The notes under the pieces: model-generated
The model's database searches: none
The model's input: only the letters and a program-made list of their open reading frames with translations
Told to the model about the DNA's origin: nothing
Source: Candidatus Latescibacterota bacterium
GTDB taxonomy: Bacteria > Latescibacterota > CBDEFO01
NCBI GenBank assembly: GCA_965237525.1
Contig: CBDEFO010000008.1
Span: 1,728,001-1,792,000, forward strand
Direction of reading: 5' to 3'
DNA: 64,000 bases
Position numbers and translations under genes: made by a program
Shown here: piece after piece, positions 40,443-50,296 of the stretch
Numbering within the stretch: position 1 is the first letter of the stretch
Layout of the letters: the number at the start of each line of letters is the position of its first letter

Positions 40443-41758
40443 TGCGCGGCCTCCTTTTTTATGTCCGAAGCTCCTTCCATCCGATCAACTCTGGGGTCGG
40501 TCAAAGCCACTTGATCACTCTCTTTTATCCCTTCCGTGATGATCACGTAATTATCGTTCTCAGGGCCTATGGCGACATGCCGCGGCTTAAAATCTCCGCC
40601 CTTTTTGAGGTAAACTATATTCTTGCCGTCCTCTCTGAAGAGGGCCTCCAGTGGTATGAAAAGCGTATCTGGTATCTGCTCCACAATAATCTCACAACTG
40701 ACGGTCATTCCGGGCATGAGCTGTTTGTTGTTTTCATCCAGCAGGATTGTGGCGTCGAAGACCTTTACCTTCGATTCCCTGTCTTTATTCCTTCCCATGA
40801 CTGCGACATCAGACACATGGCCGTGAAAGCTGGTGTCGGGATAGGCGTCGAGCTTTATGATGGCGGACTGACCGGTGCCTATTTTGGCGATGTCCACTTC
40901 GTTGATCCGAACTTCCGCTTTCATCGAACTCAGGTCGGGCAAGCCGATAATGGACTCGGCTCTCCAAGTCTGGTCGTCAACCTGAAACTTGGCGCCCGTC
41001 CTCCGGCTTTTGCGGATGATGGCGATTCCGGGAGCAGGCGCGGTAACGGTCAGTTTGTCAACCGTCTCTCTGGCTTCGTCTAACCTCGTCTGCACCTGCT
41101 GAACCTTCAGCTCCAGTTTGCTGATCTTTTGGCGATTGACGATCTTCTTGTTTTCGATCTCCTGCTGGGCCTTCTCCAAAGCGATAGCCGCTTTCTCAAG
41201 ATTAAGCTCAATCTCCCTGAGCTTGATTTCGGCCTCGAACGACGCCTGCTCCAATTTCAACTGGGAGATTCTATGATTCAACTTGGCGATCTCAAGATTG
41301 GCCAGCGACTCCTCCATCTCGGACTGGTGGCTAACTTGGGCCTTCCTCAGTTCCGACTGGGCGATCTCCAACTCGGTCTGGGCGTCCACGATGCCCTTTT
41401 CAATTTCGCTCCTATCGAATTCGATCAGCAGGTATCCTTCTTCCACCTCTTTGCCGTCTTCGACAAGCTGAGTTATTTTTAGCTCGCCCAAGCGCCAGGG
41501 CATCCACGGAGCTGAGATTATTTTGGAATTGACCGCCTCTAATTCTCCGGTCTCTGTTACGCTGTTGACGAATTCCCCTCGTTTGACGGTGTACGTCTCC
41601 ACAAACGATCCTGAACCCGAACCACAGCCCCCGATGGATGCAATCGGGGGCAGGAGCATCAAGGCGATACTTAACGCCCAGAAAGTATCGAAGAAACAGA
41701 CAGGAATGTCTGTCCCACCAAACTTTTTTGTGGAAAACAGGTAATTTTTTCTGAGCAT
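40439..41758 (-). CDS. Periplasmic adaptor (MFP/HlyD family), with repeat-derived insertions in its N-terminus
   Basis: TGELEA, VTAPAPG, INEVDI, LMPGMT motifs; the N-terminus contains REP-derived GGTDIPVC and PPIASIG peptides. Confidence 0.85.
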   Translation of the reverse strand: MLRKNYLFSTKKFGGTDIPVCFFDTFWALSIALMLLPPIASIGGCGSGSGSFVETYTVKRGEFVNSVTETGELEAVNSKIISAPWMPWRLGELKITQLVEDGKEVEEGYLLIEFDRSEIEKGIVDAQTELEIAQSELRKAQVSHQSEMEESLANLEIAKLNHRISQLKLEQASFEAEIKLREIELNLEKAAIALEKAQQEIENKKIVNRQKISKLELKVQQVQTRLDEARETVDKLTVTAPAPGIAIIRKSRRTGAKFQVDDQTWRAESIIGLPDLSSMKAEVRINEVDIAKIGTGQSAIIKLDAYPDTSFHGHVSDVAVMGRNKDRESKVKVFDATILLDENNKQLMPGMTVSCEIIVEQIPDTLFIPLEALFREDGKNIVYLKKGGDFKPRHVAIGPENDNYVIITEGIKESDQVALTDPRVDRMEGASDIKKEAAQ

Positions 41759-41762
41759 CTTA

Positions 41763-43283
41763 AAAGCCTTGTGAAATAGTTATGTCCCAGGCAGCGTCTG
41801 AAGCGCCGATTATGGGTCAAAGAGTAGCATATCGTATCGTTTTGCTGTGGAATAAGCAAAATAGTCTTATCAGAGTTCTGGTCAGCAAGGAACAGGAGCT
41901 GTTTGAAGAACAGGATGCACTGTCTTTGACAGACAGGGCACACATAGACGCTTTCCCCCTTCTTATGAAAGATACAAGCCTCTTGAGATTCTGTACTGTT
42001 GCAACAAGATTCAACTGTTCATTCAGTGAGGCTGGTCCTCTGTAACGGGCTCGTCCCATACCGTGTTGTTGCCTGGCTTCAGCAAAGATATGTTCACTGC
42101 GTTTACGGAGTCTCCGGGAGAGTTTGTAGTCAGCTGTTAATGAGATAGACCGTGCATGATTTCTGGCTTTCGCCTCTCGCACTTTTCTATCCCGTTCGGC
42201 CTGAATATGTGCTGGATTTGTCTTGTTTTTCCATGTAGGAATCGGTTCAATCTTCTCATCGGCTCGCAGAGGAATATGGGGTATGATTCCCCGGTCAAGT
42301 ACATCAGCGATAAAATTACCAGAACCGTAACCGGTATCGGCACTAAGTGTCTGAATGTCTTTGGGCATGGTGTATGTTTCAAGGTCATCTACCATCTTAA
42401 GGGCACTTTCGGGCTCTGCTGTCCCTGTCGCCTGCGTGCCCTGAGTCTCAAGGATTACTCTGCTTTTTGTGTCGATCAGATCATGGCCCATAAACGAGAG
42501 AAAAGCCCCTTTGCCCTTCGATTTGCTGTATAAGCGCGCGTCGGGGTCTGTAGTCGAACGGTGTGTTTGGTTCGTCCACTTTTCACCATGAAAGTCTTTA
42601 TCCTGAGGATGCCCGGACCTACCCTTTGTCTTATCACCTTCAAAACCGATTCCCTTGAGATAATCATCAAGAGAAACAGGGGGTTCTATCGGCTCAATAC
42701 TTTTCACTGAAGCATCAGCTTGTATCTGAGTGCCGTCGACACTAAGGTGTTTACCGCTCACAAGACCGACATCTATGCAACACTGGACTACCTGACGCAT
42801 TATCCGTTCAAACAACCCACTGGATGCCCACTTGTGATTGCGAAGCTTGTTGATCGTGCTCCTATCCGGAACCGCATCATCAAATGTCTGATGACAAAAC
42901 AACCGATATGCCGCATGCATCCCCACTTCCTGACAGAGCCGATTCTCACTCAAATTATACAGATAGCCAATAAGGATCATTCGAACAACTAATTCAGGAT
43001 CAATACCGGGTCTGCCATTGTCAGGGCAATAACAATCTGATACAACGTCTCGTACAAATGAAAAATCAACTGCCTCATCAATCTGACGAAGGATATGATC
43101 CTCGGGAACTAAATCCTCCATCTGAAAATAGTGAAACATCGGATTTGTCTGTTCCTGCTTTTGTGGGGTCATTGTTTCCTCCATGTATAATATTATCAAT
43201 AACATAATATAATACATCGGAGCTGCTTTATCAATGCTTGTTTTATACTATTTTCTGAATCTAAGGGTTTTTCACAAGGCTTC
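41763..43283. mobile_element. IS1182-family insertion sequence
   Basis: Inverted ends AAGCCTTGTGAAA (41764-41776) and TTTCACAAGGCTT (43270-43282), flanked by TA (possibly TAAA) direct repeats; encodes the transposase. Confidence 0.85.
41817..43172 (-). CDS. IS1182-family transposase
   Basis: LVPEDHILR.ID, GRPGIDP, VDGTQIQADAS, STTDPDARL, ADTGY, SEHIFAEA..HG motifs; GGAGG RBS before ATG 43172. Confidence 0.92.
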   Translation of the reverse strand: MTPQKQEQTNPMFHYFQMEDLVPEDHILRQIDEAVDFSFVRDVVSDCYCPDNGRPGIDPELVVRMILIGYLYNLSENRLCQEVGMHAAYRLFCHQTFDDAVPDRSTINKLRNHKWASSGLFERIMRQVVQCCIDVGLVSGKHLSVDGTQIQADASVKSIEPIEPPVSLDDYLKGIGFEGDKTKGRSGHPQDKDFHGEKWTNQTHRSTTDPDARLYSKSKGKGAFLSFMGHDLIDTKSRVILETQGTQATGTAEPESALKMVDDLETYTMPKDIQTLSADTGYGSGNFIADVLDRGIIPHIPLRADEKIEPIPTWKNKTNPAHIQAERDRKVREAKARNHARSISLTADYKLSRRLRKRSEHIFAEARQQHGMGRARYRGPASLNEQLNLVATVQNLKRLVSFIRRGKASMCALSVKDSASCSSNSSCSLLTRTLIRLFCLFHSKTIRYATL

Positions 43284-43324
43284 TAAATCTCTTGGAAAAC
43301 TGGTCAGTTCACTCCCCGATAGAT

Positions 43325-44647
43325 TCAATCGGGGATGAGGGAAGAACTCGGTTCTCTTAAGGCCAACTCCTCCCCGACGGTCAAGCCACTATCTATAACA
43401 GCAAAGTCGTTGCTCCGTTTAGCAAGAGTCACTTCCTGAGGCACGAACGCCGACTCTCTGCGAACGTAAGCTACCTTCAGGCTGTCCTTTTCAAATATGC
43501 ACTCAAGAGGAATGGCCAGAACATCCGGTATCTCTTCAACGATAATACTACATCGCGCCGTCAATCCCGGTACGAGATCTACGTCTGTGCTGTCTATCTC
43601 CACAATAACCTCCACTTTCTTGACTTTTGAGTCTCTCCGGATAGGTTTTGCAATATTTTCCACTTTGGTAACTTTTCCAGAAAGGTGAAAGTCGGCTAGC
43701 GATGATACGGTGACTGCGGCCTTTTGTTCCGTTTTCAGTTGCTGCGCTTCGGTCTCACCAATCTGTAGCTTAACCTGCATAACAGATAGGTCCGGGATTT
43801 TTACGACCGGACTGTAGTGCAGCATGTCCCCCTCCTGAACTTTCCTGCCGGTTGTCGGGTTCTTTTCGTGGACTACAATGCCCGCAACGGGAGTCCTTAG
43901 CACCAACTTATCCAAGGAGAGCTGGGCACGCTCGACTTTGTTTTCCTCCTGGTTGACCTTCAATTGCAAACTGGTGAGTTCCTCTTGCTGAATGGCCTCC
44001 AGAGATTGCAATTTCTTGCGATTCTTCTCCACTTCCATCTCAGACTTTGCCATTTTCAGCCTCTCGATCTCACGAACTCTGGGAGCTACAAATTCCAGTT
44101 TCGGCAGTTGCAGTCTGGAAATGGCCACAGCAGCCTCGGAGCTTCTCATCTGGGATTCGAGGAGAAAGCGCTGCAGTTTCAGGTCGGCTTCCTTCGTCTT
44201 GACTTCGGCTCGGGCGATTTCGAGCTCGTCCTGAGCGTTTTTGTAGTCCTTTTCGATCTGCTCAGATTCAAAGGTCACCACCACGTCGTCCACCTCGACT
44301 ACTGAAGCCTCCGGTGCCAGGTAGGATATTTCTGGCGCGGGATGGACGTGCGGCGCGCTTAGAACGTGGGCAGTTTTGGCTTCCAGCTCTCCCTCGGCAT
44401 CGACAGTGATAGTGAAATTGCCGCGAGAGGTAGTAAAGGTAATTTGCGAATCGAGCGAATCGGAAGACTTGCAGCTAAAACAGGAGATTAACAGAACCAA
44501 GAGCACAGCGGTGCGACCATTCCGTCTCACCTGCACCAAACTCCGGGTTCTGTCAAACTTTGCCACGGGAAAGTCCTTGCTATTGAGCTGACCAGATTGG
44601 GAAAATAGCGTCTCTTGGAAAGCGTCAGAGGATAAGGGTATCGTCAT
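43325..44647 (-). CDS. Periplasmic adaptor (MFP/HlyD family)
   Basis: EGELEA, LRTPVAG, PDLS.MQV, LVPGLT motifs; the stop codon lies inside a 21-bp palindrome. Confidence 0.87.
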   Translation of the reverse strand: MTIPLSSDAFQETLFSQSGQLNSKDFPVAKFDRTRSLVQVRRNGRTAVLLVLLISCFSCKSSDSLDSQITFTTSRGNFTITVDAEGELEAKTAHVLSAPHVHPAPEISYLAPEASVVEVDDVVVTFESEQIEKDYKNAQDELEIARAEVKTKEADLKLQRFLLESQMRSSEAAVAISRLQLPKLEFVAPRVREIERLKMAKSEMEVEKNRKKLQSLEAIQQEELTSLQLKVNQEENKVERAQLSLDKLVLRTPVAGIVVHEKNPTTGRKVQEGDMLHYSPVVKIPDLSVMQVKLQIGETEAQQLKTEQKAAVTVSSLADFHLSGKVTKVENIAKPIRRDSKVKKVEVIVEIDSTDVDLVPGLTARCSIIVEEIPDVLAIPLECIFEKDSLKVAYVRRESAFVPQEVTLAKRSNDFAVIDSGLTVGEELALREPSSSLIPD

Positions 44648-44651
44648 ACCA

Positions 44652-44680
44652 AAAATAATGTCCAGCTATCTATAAGTCAA
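44652..44680 (-). promoter_or_regulatory. Putative sigma70 promoter of the exporter operon
   Basis: Minus strand TTGACT-17nt-TATTTT just upstream of 44647. Confidence 0.4.
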
Positions 44681-44734
44681 GCGGAAACTGCTTAATACCA
44701 CTTGGAAGATCGGAGTTTGGACACAGTATAAAGA

Positions 44735-45196
44735 ATGCACGGAATTCAGGAAGCATCAGAACCATCTGTGCTTCAGCAGTACTCTGTAGAAGGTAAGGAA
44801 GATCTCTTGAAGCTTGTAGGTGGATATGTGAGGGAGACGATGGGAAGGAATGTAGTGCCTGGGCACCCTAGGGTATACCCTCCTGAAAACTTCACTTCAG
44901 ATGAGCTAGTGTTGGAATCTCTTATCGGGCGCCTTGGGGAAATTAGAAGCTGTCCTTGCTATAGAGACGCGGTCTTAGTCAAAGACGTGAAAGGATTAGG
45001 TGAGGAACTACGAAGGTTATGGTAGAAAGGGTTTGAAACTGGAAGGTACTCAAGGGAACTATGGGTATCTTATAAACCCTGGGGCAAGGGTACTCCTTAT
45101 TCAGATAATAATTATATAGGAGTTATTAATCAGAAAGGGAGAAAACTTCGCTCACAGTACCGCATCTGGGAATCTATTGTCTCCATCTGGTCGTAA
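44735..45196 (+). pseudogene. Possible degraded hypothetical gene
   Basis: A 96-aa ORF whose frame stays open for about 56 more codons after a single TAG at 45023-45025; no recognisable family. Confidence 0.3.
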
Positions 45197-45358
45197 CGCA
45201 TCTAACGGCAATTAGCGCAAAAGCCGGATCGCTGAAGACACCGACTCGCCTGATCAAGCCCGCTCTCTTTACAGGTATTCTACAACTCCTCATCGATGGG
45301 GGGGTTGAAGAACTCCTGCACCGATCTGCAGTCTATGCATACTATCTGACCGTGCCTT

Positions 45359-45559
45359 CTATCTATGGTCTCTATAGTATCTGGTCCAGAACGGGATATT
45401 CTCGTAGACCCACCCCGGCATATCCCGTATCGAAACTTTTAGTCCTTCTTGGTCTACGTCCACTCCAGGGCCAAGTACCTCGTGATAGAATCTCTTGCTT
45501 GCCTCAGGATCCTTGACGTAGAGTTCTATCTCGTGGAATTTAAGTTTCATGGCTGGCAT
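45359..45559 (-). pseudogene. Truncated VOC/glyoxalase family gene
   Basis: MKLKFHEIELYVKDPEASKRFYHEVLG is a typical VOC N-terminus; similarity is lost after GLKV (apparent frameshift). Confidence 0.6.
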
Positions 45560-45568
45560 GCTTTGCTC

Positions 45569-45811
45569 TTAATCTGCATGACAAAAACTACAATTCCCCA
45601 AGTCACGGTGGGGCATGATAGGAGTGCCCTTATCTCTCCTTATATGGCACCCCAAACACTCAATAGATTCAGCCTCGGGCCGATGATCGAGGTCCACGGG
45701 CATAGTTGGGGCCGCTTTGAAGAAAGCCACTGAGACTATAACCGCGAATATTCCGCCCAATATCCATACGACCATCCACACTTTTTTAGCGTCAGAACCT
45801 TCTCTTGGCAT
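45569..45811 (-). CDS. Small membrane-anchored diheme c-type cytochrome
   Basis: One TM segment; CLGCH and CSFCH heme-binding motifs with distal His candidates (DH, PH). Confidence 0.75.
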   Translation of the reverse strand: MPREGSDAKKVWMVVWILGGIFAVIVSVAFFKAAPTMPVDLDHRPEAESIECLGCHIRRDKGTPIMPHRDLGNCSFCHAD

Positions 45812-45820
45812 ATCCCAACT

Positions 45821-46348
45821 TCAAAGGACGGCCGCTATCTCAGCAAGCAGTGCAACTCCAAGCGCAGATAATAGGGTGATCCTTGTTAGGTTTACGTATT
45901 CTCTATGCATTCTGTTGAACTGTTCCCCCTCTTCTCCCAACATTTCCCCTGTATCAGGCGAGATCGAAGCCCTTTCTCTTACCTCATCCATCTTCGAGGT
46001 TAATCCCATCCCTAAATATAGAGCCACACTGATCATCACAAAGAGCAGGACGAATCTTGTGGACGTTAATAGAGACCATAGCCTGTCTCCGTCGCCCCAG
46101 AAGCTGTGTTCCCTGTTCAAGACTACTTGAATTATGCTCGTCAGGGCCAGGACAACCCCGCAGACGTACACTATGTAATTGAACCTCTTGAAGCTGTCCC
46201 CTACGATTGCTCCGGCAGCGGCAGCCGATTCCAAAGATCTGAACGCCACAGGAGCGACTACTGCGCCTATTGCAATAGTCCCGCCTATCCAGAGAGCTAA
46301 GGCTATAAAATAGAACCAGTTGGAGACCACAAGGATGATGGAATTCAT
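45821..46348 (-). CDS. DUF4149 / TMEM205-like membrane protein
   Basis: LWIGG...VVAPVAF..L....AG.IVG..F and FNRMH motifs; 4 TM segments; start MNSIILVV. Confidence 0.75.
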   Translation of the reverse strand: MNSIILVVSNWFYFIALALWIGGTIAIGAVVAPVAFRSLESAAAAGAIVGDSFKRFNYIVYVCGVVLALTSIIQVVLNREHSFWGDGDRLWSLLTSTRFVLLFVMISVALYLGMGLTSKMDEVRERASISPDTGEMLGEEGEQFNRMHREYVNLTRITLLSALGVALLAEIAAVL

Positions 46349-46355
46349 TTTCGAA

Positions 46356-47561
46356 TTAGAGGAGCTTGACCTCCACTTTTTCGTTCTTTTCGATAAGATC
46401 CACGTTCGGCGGGATAAGGATATAGCCGTCGGCCTGGGACATACTCGTAATTGCCCCGGAGTCCTTAAACGCCGGCATGGCAACGCCATCTACGATCTTC
46501 ACAGTATAAAACTGATCTTTCCCTAAGTCCGACGTAATGCCCTGTCCCAGGGGCATCTCTATGGCTTTTTCCAGTTTTGGATAAAGCCGCGCCATCTTCC
46601 TCAACATAGGAATCAAAAGCAGATACGAGTTTGAAAGGCACGAGGTCGGAAAGCCCGGCATACCCAAGAATAGTGCCTTTCCTATCTTCCCGAAGAGCGT
46701 CGGCTTGCCCGGCCTTACTGCAATCCCATGGAATAGTATCTCTCCTACTTCCTGCATAATATCCAGAATAATGTCTCTTTCCCCCACAGAACTCCCCGCG
46801 GAGGTCAGAATTATATCGTATTTGCTGCATTCTTCTACCTTAGCCCTTACGTCCTCCAACCTGTCCTTAACGATCCCCTTCAGATCCGCAATTCCTCCGT
46901 TATCCTCTACAACAGCTCTCATAGTATATGAGTTAGTATTGTAGACTTGACCCGGTTTTAAGCTTCCTCCCAGATCTACTACTTCATCCCCGGTAGATAT
47001 GATCCCGACTTTGGGCCTTTTATACACAACTAAGCTATCCAGGCCCAGAGATGTAGCCGCCCCTATCCTGCCCGGGTTAAGTATCTCCCCCACCTCTAAG
47101 ACTTTACTCCCGTCCTCAATATCTGTGCCTCTTTTCGACACATTTTCTTTTGGATAGACTGGCTCGTAGACAAGGACGCCCTCTTCGTCTTTATCGGTAT
47201 TTTCCACCATAACCACAGCGTCTGCACCCTGGGGGATCATAGTTCCTGTGGCTATCTGTACACATTCCCCCGGCTCTATCTGGCTTTGGGGAACCTGCCC
47301 TGCATAGACTCTTTCAACGATCTTGAATGTCTTAGGGTTGAACTTTCCCGCTCCGAACGTATCCTCAGCCCTTACGGCGTATCCATCTTTAGCTGACCTG
47401 TCGAAATCGGGCACGCATATCTTTGAGACCACATCCTCGGCCACGACTCTCCCGTTGGCCTGTGTAATATTAACGCGGTCTGTCCTTTCAATCGGAACGA
47501 CAGAGTCCAGGCATATTCTTTTCGCCTCGTCCAGAGGTATCAACGATTTTAAAGGTCGCAT
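46356..47561 (-). CDS. moeA: Molybdopterin molybdotransferase
   Basis: VPDFDRSAKDGYAV, IATG..IP.GADAVVM.E, STGDE, RPGKP, MPGFP motifs. Confidence 0.93.
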   Translation of the reverse strand: MRPLKSLIPLDEAKRICLDSVVPIERTDRVNITQANGRVVAEDVVSKICVPDFDRSAKDGYAVRAEDTFGAGKFNPKTFKIVERVYAGQVPQSQIEPGECVQIATGTMIPQGADAVVMVENTDKDEEGVLVYEPVYPKENVSKRGTDIEDGSKVLEVGEILNPGRIGAATSLGLDSLVVYKRPKVGIISTGDEVVDLGGSLKPGQVYNTNSYTMRAVVEDNGGIADLKGIVKDRLEDVRAKVEECSKYDIILTSAGSSVGERDIILDIMQEVGEILFHGIAVRPGKPTLFGKIGKALFLGMPGFPTSCLSNSYLLLIPMLRKMARLYPKLEKAIEMPLGQGITSDLGKDQFYTVKIVDGVAMPAFKDSGAITSMSQADGYILIPPNVDLIEKNEKVEVKLL

Positions 47562-47826
47562 CAGCGTAATGAAAATTCGGATTAACTCTCAACTATTCTA
47601 AGTATCAGGTCAAAATAGTTCGGACAAATGATAGAGATCCAGAATAGTAAACAGCATATTCGTAGAGGCCAAGGCACTTCGGCACTTTGTGGTTTGCTGG
47701 CACTTCGTGCCCCCTGTAAAAAGGGGTGGCAGCAGAGCACGCTGTGCCCCACGGCGCCTCGTCCCAAGGGCTGGGAAACGAACGCCCCTACATTTTGGGG
47801 TGGGAGGCGGTGCCCTGTCTACTTAC

Positions 47827-48093
47827 TTAATATCTTCCGTAATCCCTCCTTTGTTTGTTTTTTGGTGGGCGAGCTTCGTCCACTTTCAAAGCACGTCCTT
47901 GTAAATCGGTGCCGTCCAATGCTTCTTTTGCTTTTTCAGCTTCCGATGAGTTAGACATTTCAACAAATCCAAAACCTCTACCTTCAATTATGTTGACTTG
48001 CTTAACTTCACCATAGTTGGAAAACAATTCTTCCAACGCTTCACTAGTTACAGAGTAACTAAGATTTCCCACATACAGTTTGCTACCTTGCAT
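47827..48093 (-). CDS. RRM RNA-binding protein
   Basis: KLYVGNL (RNP2) and RGFGFVEM (RNP1); AAGGAGG RBS before MQGSK. Confidence 0.92.
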   Translation of the reverse strand: MQGSKLYVGNLSYSVTSEALEELFSNYGEVKQVNIIEGRGFGFVEMSNSSEAEKAKEALDGTDLQGRALKVDEARPPKNKQRRDYGRY

Positions 48094-48308
48094 TCTTTCC
48101 TCCTTTTCTCTGTTGTCCAATAATGTTTCTTTTGGAGGTAGAAGCAAGATCGTTATTCTAACCTCTCTAATGCTAACACTATTAAACACAGGAGAACCCT
48201 CGTTAAAAACCTGTTTCAGAGGATTTAATTGAGTATTCTTACTACCCTCCTTCAGTATTTATCAAAGTAGTAAAAAGCAGGTAGGGCATCCCTCTCCCCA
48301 TCTACTAC

Positions 48309-49388
48309 CTACTTTTGGGGATAGTGCTCCTTGCAGTAGTCCTTTACCGCAATCGGGATCTCCTTGAGGTTCTCTATCGTCGTCCTCAGGGGAATTGCGC
48401 ACTCAGGGGCTATAATATCGACCCCGGCGTCCATTGCTCTGTAGACCTCCTTTCGCACCTCCTCGGGACCCTTTGTATATAGCGTTACGGGGTTATTTAC
48501 GTTTCCTACAAGAGCGAGGTTTTCTCCTGCTGCTTCCATAGCCTCTTTGGGATCGTTGAGAGAATCAAAATGGAAGCAATTAAATCCCGTCTCGGCGATG
48601 TAAGGTATGCGATCCACAGTTTTTCCGCAGATGTGAAGTATAAGAGGACACTTGATCCTTTCTTTAAACTCTATGTGAAGGTCCTTCAAAAAGTCCCTGT
48701 AGTAATCCGCACTCACCAGGTCTCCTGTGGCGTGATCGGGCAGGGTCAAAGCATCTGCGCCTGCATCTATCTGCGCCTGACCGAACATAACTGTGGATTC
48801 TTTCAAAATGTCCAGGATCTTTTTTACCTTATCTGGGTTATCCACTGTCATCAACAAAAACTCTGTGATCCCAAAAAGGTGATAGCACAAAGACCAGGGC
48901 CCCATGGTCTTGCCTATAACCGCAACTTGGTCCCCGTATTCTTTCTTTAGGATTGTCAAGGCGTCAAGCACGGTTTTAGTATCGTTATGAGTCAGAAGAT
49001 CATCTGAGATTTTGATGTCCTCCGGCTCCTTGCAGATAGGCTTGTGCATCCTGACTGTCGCCCAGTTATCCTTCTCCTCCCACTGAATATCGCAACCTAA
49101 GGCTGAAGATTCCTGGATGATGGTAAAGACCGGCATAACGCTGTCGAAGCCCAATTCGGTATAGCCTGTAGCCGCCAGTCGGGCCATCGCTTCAGCGTTT
49201 CTGTGAGCTTCGGGGAAGGGAGCTTCTACCAGGTCCATAAAATCCACGGTTGCAACAGACGTCGGGTTGGACACAGGAGGCCTGTCAACCTCCTCCCTGT
49301 TGAGTGCGGCAAGAACCCTTTCCCTCGGCATCATGCACTCGACAAATCCTTCTCCATTGCCGCCGCCCTGATTTTTTCCAGAAGACAT
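48309..49388 (-). CDS. MtaA/CmuA-family methylcobamide methyltransferase (uroporphyrinogen decarboxylase fold)
   Basis: RERVLAAL..EEVDR.P, GPWS, LHICG (Zn HxC), GNV, APEC motifs; true start probably MMPRERV. Confidence 0.85.
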   Translation of the reverse strand: MSSGKNQGGGNGEGFVECMMPRERVLAALNREEVDRPPVSNPTSVATVDFMDLVEAPFPEAHRNAEAMARLAATGYTELGFDSVMPVFTIIQESSALGCDIQWEEKDNWATVRMHKPICKEPEDIKISDDLLTHNDTKTVLDALTILKKEYGDQVAVIGKTMGPWSLCYHLFGITEFLLMTVDNPDKVKKILDILKESTVMFGQAQIDAGADALTLPDHATGDLVSADYYRDFLKDLHIEFKERIKCPLILHICGKTVDRIPYIAETGFNCFHFDSLNDPKEAMEAAGENLALVGNVNNPVTLYTKGPEEVRKEVYRAMDAGVDIIAPECAIPLRTTIENLKEIPIAVKDYCKEHYPQK

Positions 49389-49589
49389 ATCCTTCCTCCA
49401 ATCTATCGATGGAGACTTAAAGCTCCTATATTCATGATGGCAATTCTTGAAATGTCACTTAGATATGCCTGCCATATCTCTGTCAAACGTAATCCCGACT
49501 CCATAACAAATATACCAAATAGGCATTCCAAAAACAAGGGATTGATCATAATGAAAAACATTACTGATAAAATATCTTGATGGTATGTT

Positions 49590-50258
49590 CTATAGCATGT
49601 TAAGTTCGTGCTTGGCCTGGGAGGATAGTTCAGAGTCTGGATACGAATCCACTATGCGTTTCAGAGATATCTGGGCTTCGTCCTTCATATCGACCAGTAC
49701 AAAACACCTTGCGGAATCTATAAGGGCTCTTGGGGCAAACGCTGAGTCCTTGCTCTCATCTGCAAAACTTTTGTACTGCACTGCCGCCTCGTGGTATTTT
49801 CCCTGCTGCTCCATAGAGGCCGCAATCCCGCTTGCGCAATTATAGACCATGGTATCGTCGTCTCCATCCTCATCTAAATAAGTCTGAAAATACTTTATTG
49901 CTTGCTTATACTCACCCCTGTCAAAGTAGAGATTTCCCAGATCTACCGTCGCCTCAGCCGCAGACGGTGTACCTTCAAAGCCCTCTATTACAGTCATGTA
50001 CAAGCCGATGGCCTCATCAGGCCCCCCCGCGGGCATAGCTATTCTGGCTTTTGCTAAGGTGCTTTCGGAGTCCTCCTCGCTTCGTCTTTGCTTATTGACA
50101 GAAACTGCTATTATCACGGCCAGCACGACAGCTAAAATCCCGCCAAGAATGATCCTATTTAGGTTATCCCTTATAAACGTCGCTGCATTTGCTGTAAACG
50201 TTACGAATTTATCCTCTTTGATCTGTCTTTTCGTCAACCTCTGTCTCGGTTTAAGCAT
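49590..50258 (-). CDS. Membrane-anchored tetratricopeptide repeat protein (YfgM/CpoB-like)
   Basis: K.IKEDKFV N-terminus, one TM segment, TPR helices, YPDS end. Confidence 0.78.
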   Translation of the reverse strand: MLKPRQRLTKRQIKEDKFVTFTANAATFIRDNLNRIILGGILAVVLAVIIAVSVNKQRRSEEDSESTLAKARIAMPAGGPDEAIGLYMTVIEGFEGTPSAAEATVDLGNLYFDRGEYKQAIKYFQTYLDEDGDDDTMVYNCASGIAASMEQQGKYHEAAVQYKSFADESKDSAFAPRALIDSARCFVLVDMKDEAQISLKRIVDSYPDSELSSQAKHELNML

Positions 50259-50296
50259 CTGTTTGAAATTCTCCTTCTTAGGTAGCCACAGCTGTA

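Noticed and set aside
43325..43327. Selenocysteine read-through of the MFP TGA, which is followed by a hairpin arm
   Set aside because: The TGA is in the loop of the dispersed palindrome, another TGA follows within 7 codons, and MFPs are not redox proteins.
45821..46489. 222-aa version of the DUF4149 ORF overlapping moeA
   Set aside because: The first 47 codons overlap the moeA 3' end in another frame; the plausible start is ATG 46348.
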